DNA of 64,000 nucleotides from a virus: IMG/VR virus record IMGVR_UViG_3300033692_000004, positions 1 to 64,000 of that record; one strand, 5' to 3'. Shown piece by piece: positions 63,786 to 64,000 of this stretch (position 1 is its first letter; each line of letters starts with the position of its first letter). The notes under the pieces were generated by a model. It saw only the letters and a program-made list of their open reading frames with translations, ran no database searches and was not told where the DNA came from. The position numbers and the translations under genes were made by a program.

Positions 63786-63817
63786 TTTCTATATATTTAA
63801 TCAAATTAAACTTTTAT

Positions 63818-64000
63818 TTATTTACCAAATTGATTCAAGAAATGGTTAATTGAATCCTTAACCTCTGGATCACCTTTAGGTCTTGAACCATTATTACCAG
63901 CTCCACCCCTTTTATCCAATGATTTAGCAGCATTCTCTAATTCTTGGTAGGCTTTAGACTTACCTGCTTTACTAAATACATCAAAGTTTGTAAAACCACT
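63818..64000 (-). CDS. 3' end of an upstream head-module gene (partial; continues beyond the window)
   Basis: The - strand frame is open from the window edge to TAA (63818-63820). Translation: ...SGFTNFDVFSKAGKSKAYQELENAAKSLDKRGGAGNNGSRPKGDPEVKDSINHFLNQFGK. Possibly scaffold-like. Confidence 0.4.
   Translation of the reverse strand, partial: SGFTNFDVFSKAGKSKAYQELENAAKSLDKRGGAGNNGSRPKGDPEVKDSINHFLNQFGK

Noticed and set aside
23250-64000. Stop-codon reassignment (TAG or TGA recoding), as reported for some crAss-like phages.
   Set aside because: Late genes, including a 4,111-codon ORF, are intact under the standard code. ORFs end at sensible positions with TAA/TAG/TGA, so recoding is not needed.
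1-64000. CRISPR arrays, rRNA/tRNA genes, integrase or attachment sites, transposases.
   Set aside because: None seen. The only exact DNA repeats found by eye are the 23-bp tandem duplication (59273-59318), the 15-nt junction repeat (11620/11800) and the 12-bp inverted repeat (20188/20298). No recombinase motifs appear in any ORF.

Overview
This 64-kb window reads as one contiguous piece of an AT-rich tailed dsDNA phage genome with no cellular flanks. Two convergent transcription arms meet at a hairpin terminator near nt 23168-23189.

Arm 1 (nt 1-23162, all + strand) covers replication, nucleotide metabolism, RNA repair and lysis:
- a GATase-like + GS-type amidoligase + UDG + ATP-grasp cluster
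- a RecB-like nuclease, RtcB, PhoH, class II RNR and dUTPase
- a family-B DNA polymerase split between motifs B and C by a ~1.2-kb group-I-type intron carrying a GIY-YIG homing endonuclease
- a holin/endolysin-like cassette, an unusually long ThyX and a minimal Rnl-type ligase
- a run of small ORFs, several Cys-rich

Arm 2 (nt 23250-64000, all - strand) is the virion arm:
- capsid-module genes
- three receptor-binding proteins (CBM5/12-like repeats, FISUMP lectin domains, pectate-lyase-type beta-helices)
- a block of small membrane proteins
- a T7-like adaptor/nozzle pair
- Q/N/G-rich and large internal (ejection-type) proteins

The stand-out feature is a 4,111-aa ORF in arm 2. Its C-terminal half carries a beta-prime-type double-psi beta-barrel signature (RIPT...GSDFDVDKM), like the virion RNA polymerase of crAss-like phages. 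This is fused to polyvalent-protein modules: an ART-like YHGG...GEGANAYGKGFYFT segment and a zincin HEAFH.

Three signals point to a Bacteroidota host, probably a Flavobacteriia-type one: almost no Shine-Dalgarno sequences, TAnnTTTG-like motifs, and FISUMP domains. By eye I found no rRNA, tRNA, CRISPR array, integrase or stop-codon reassignment. All functional calls rest on motif recognition in the translated ORFs plus remembered family signatures. No database search was run.
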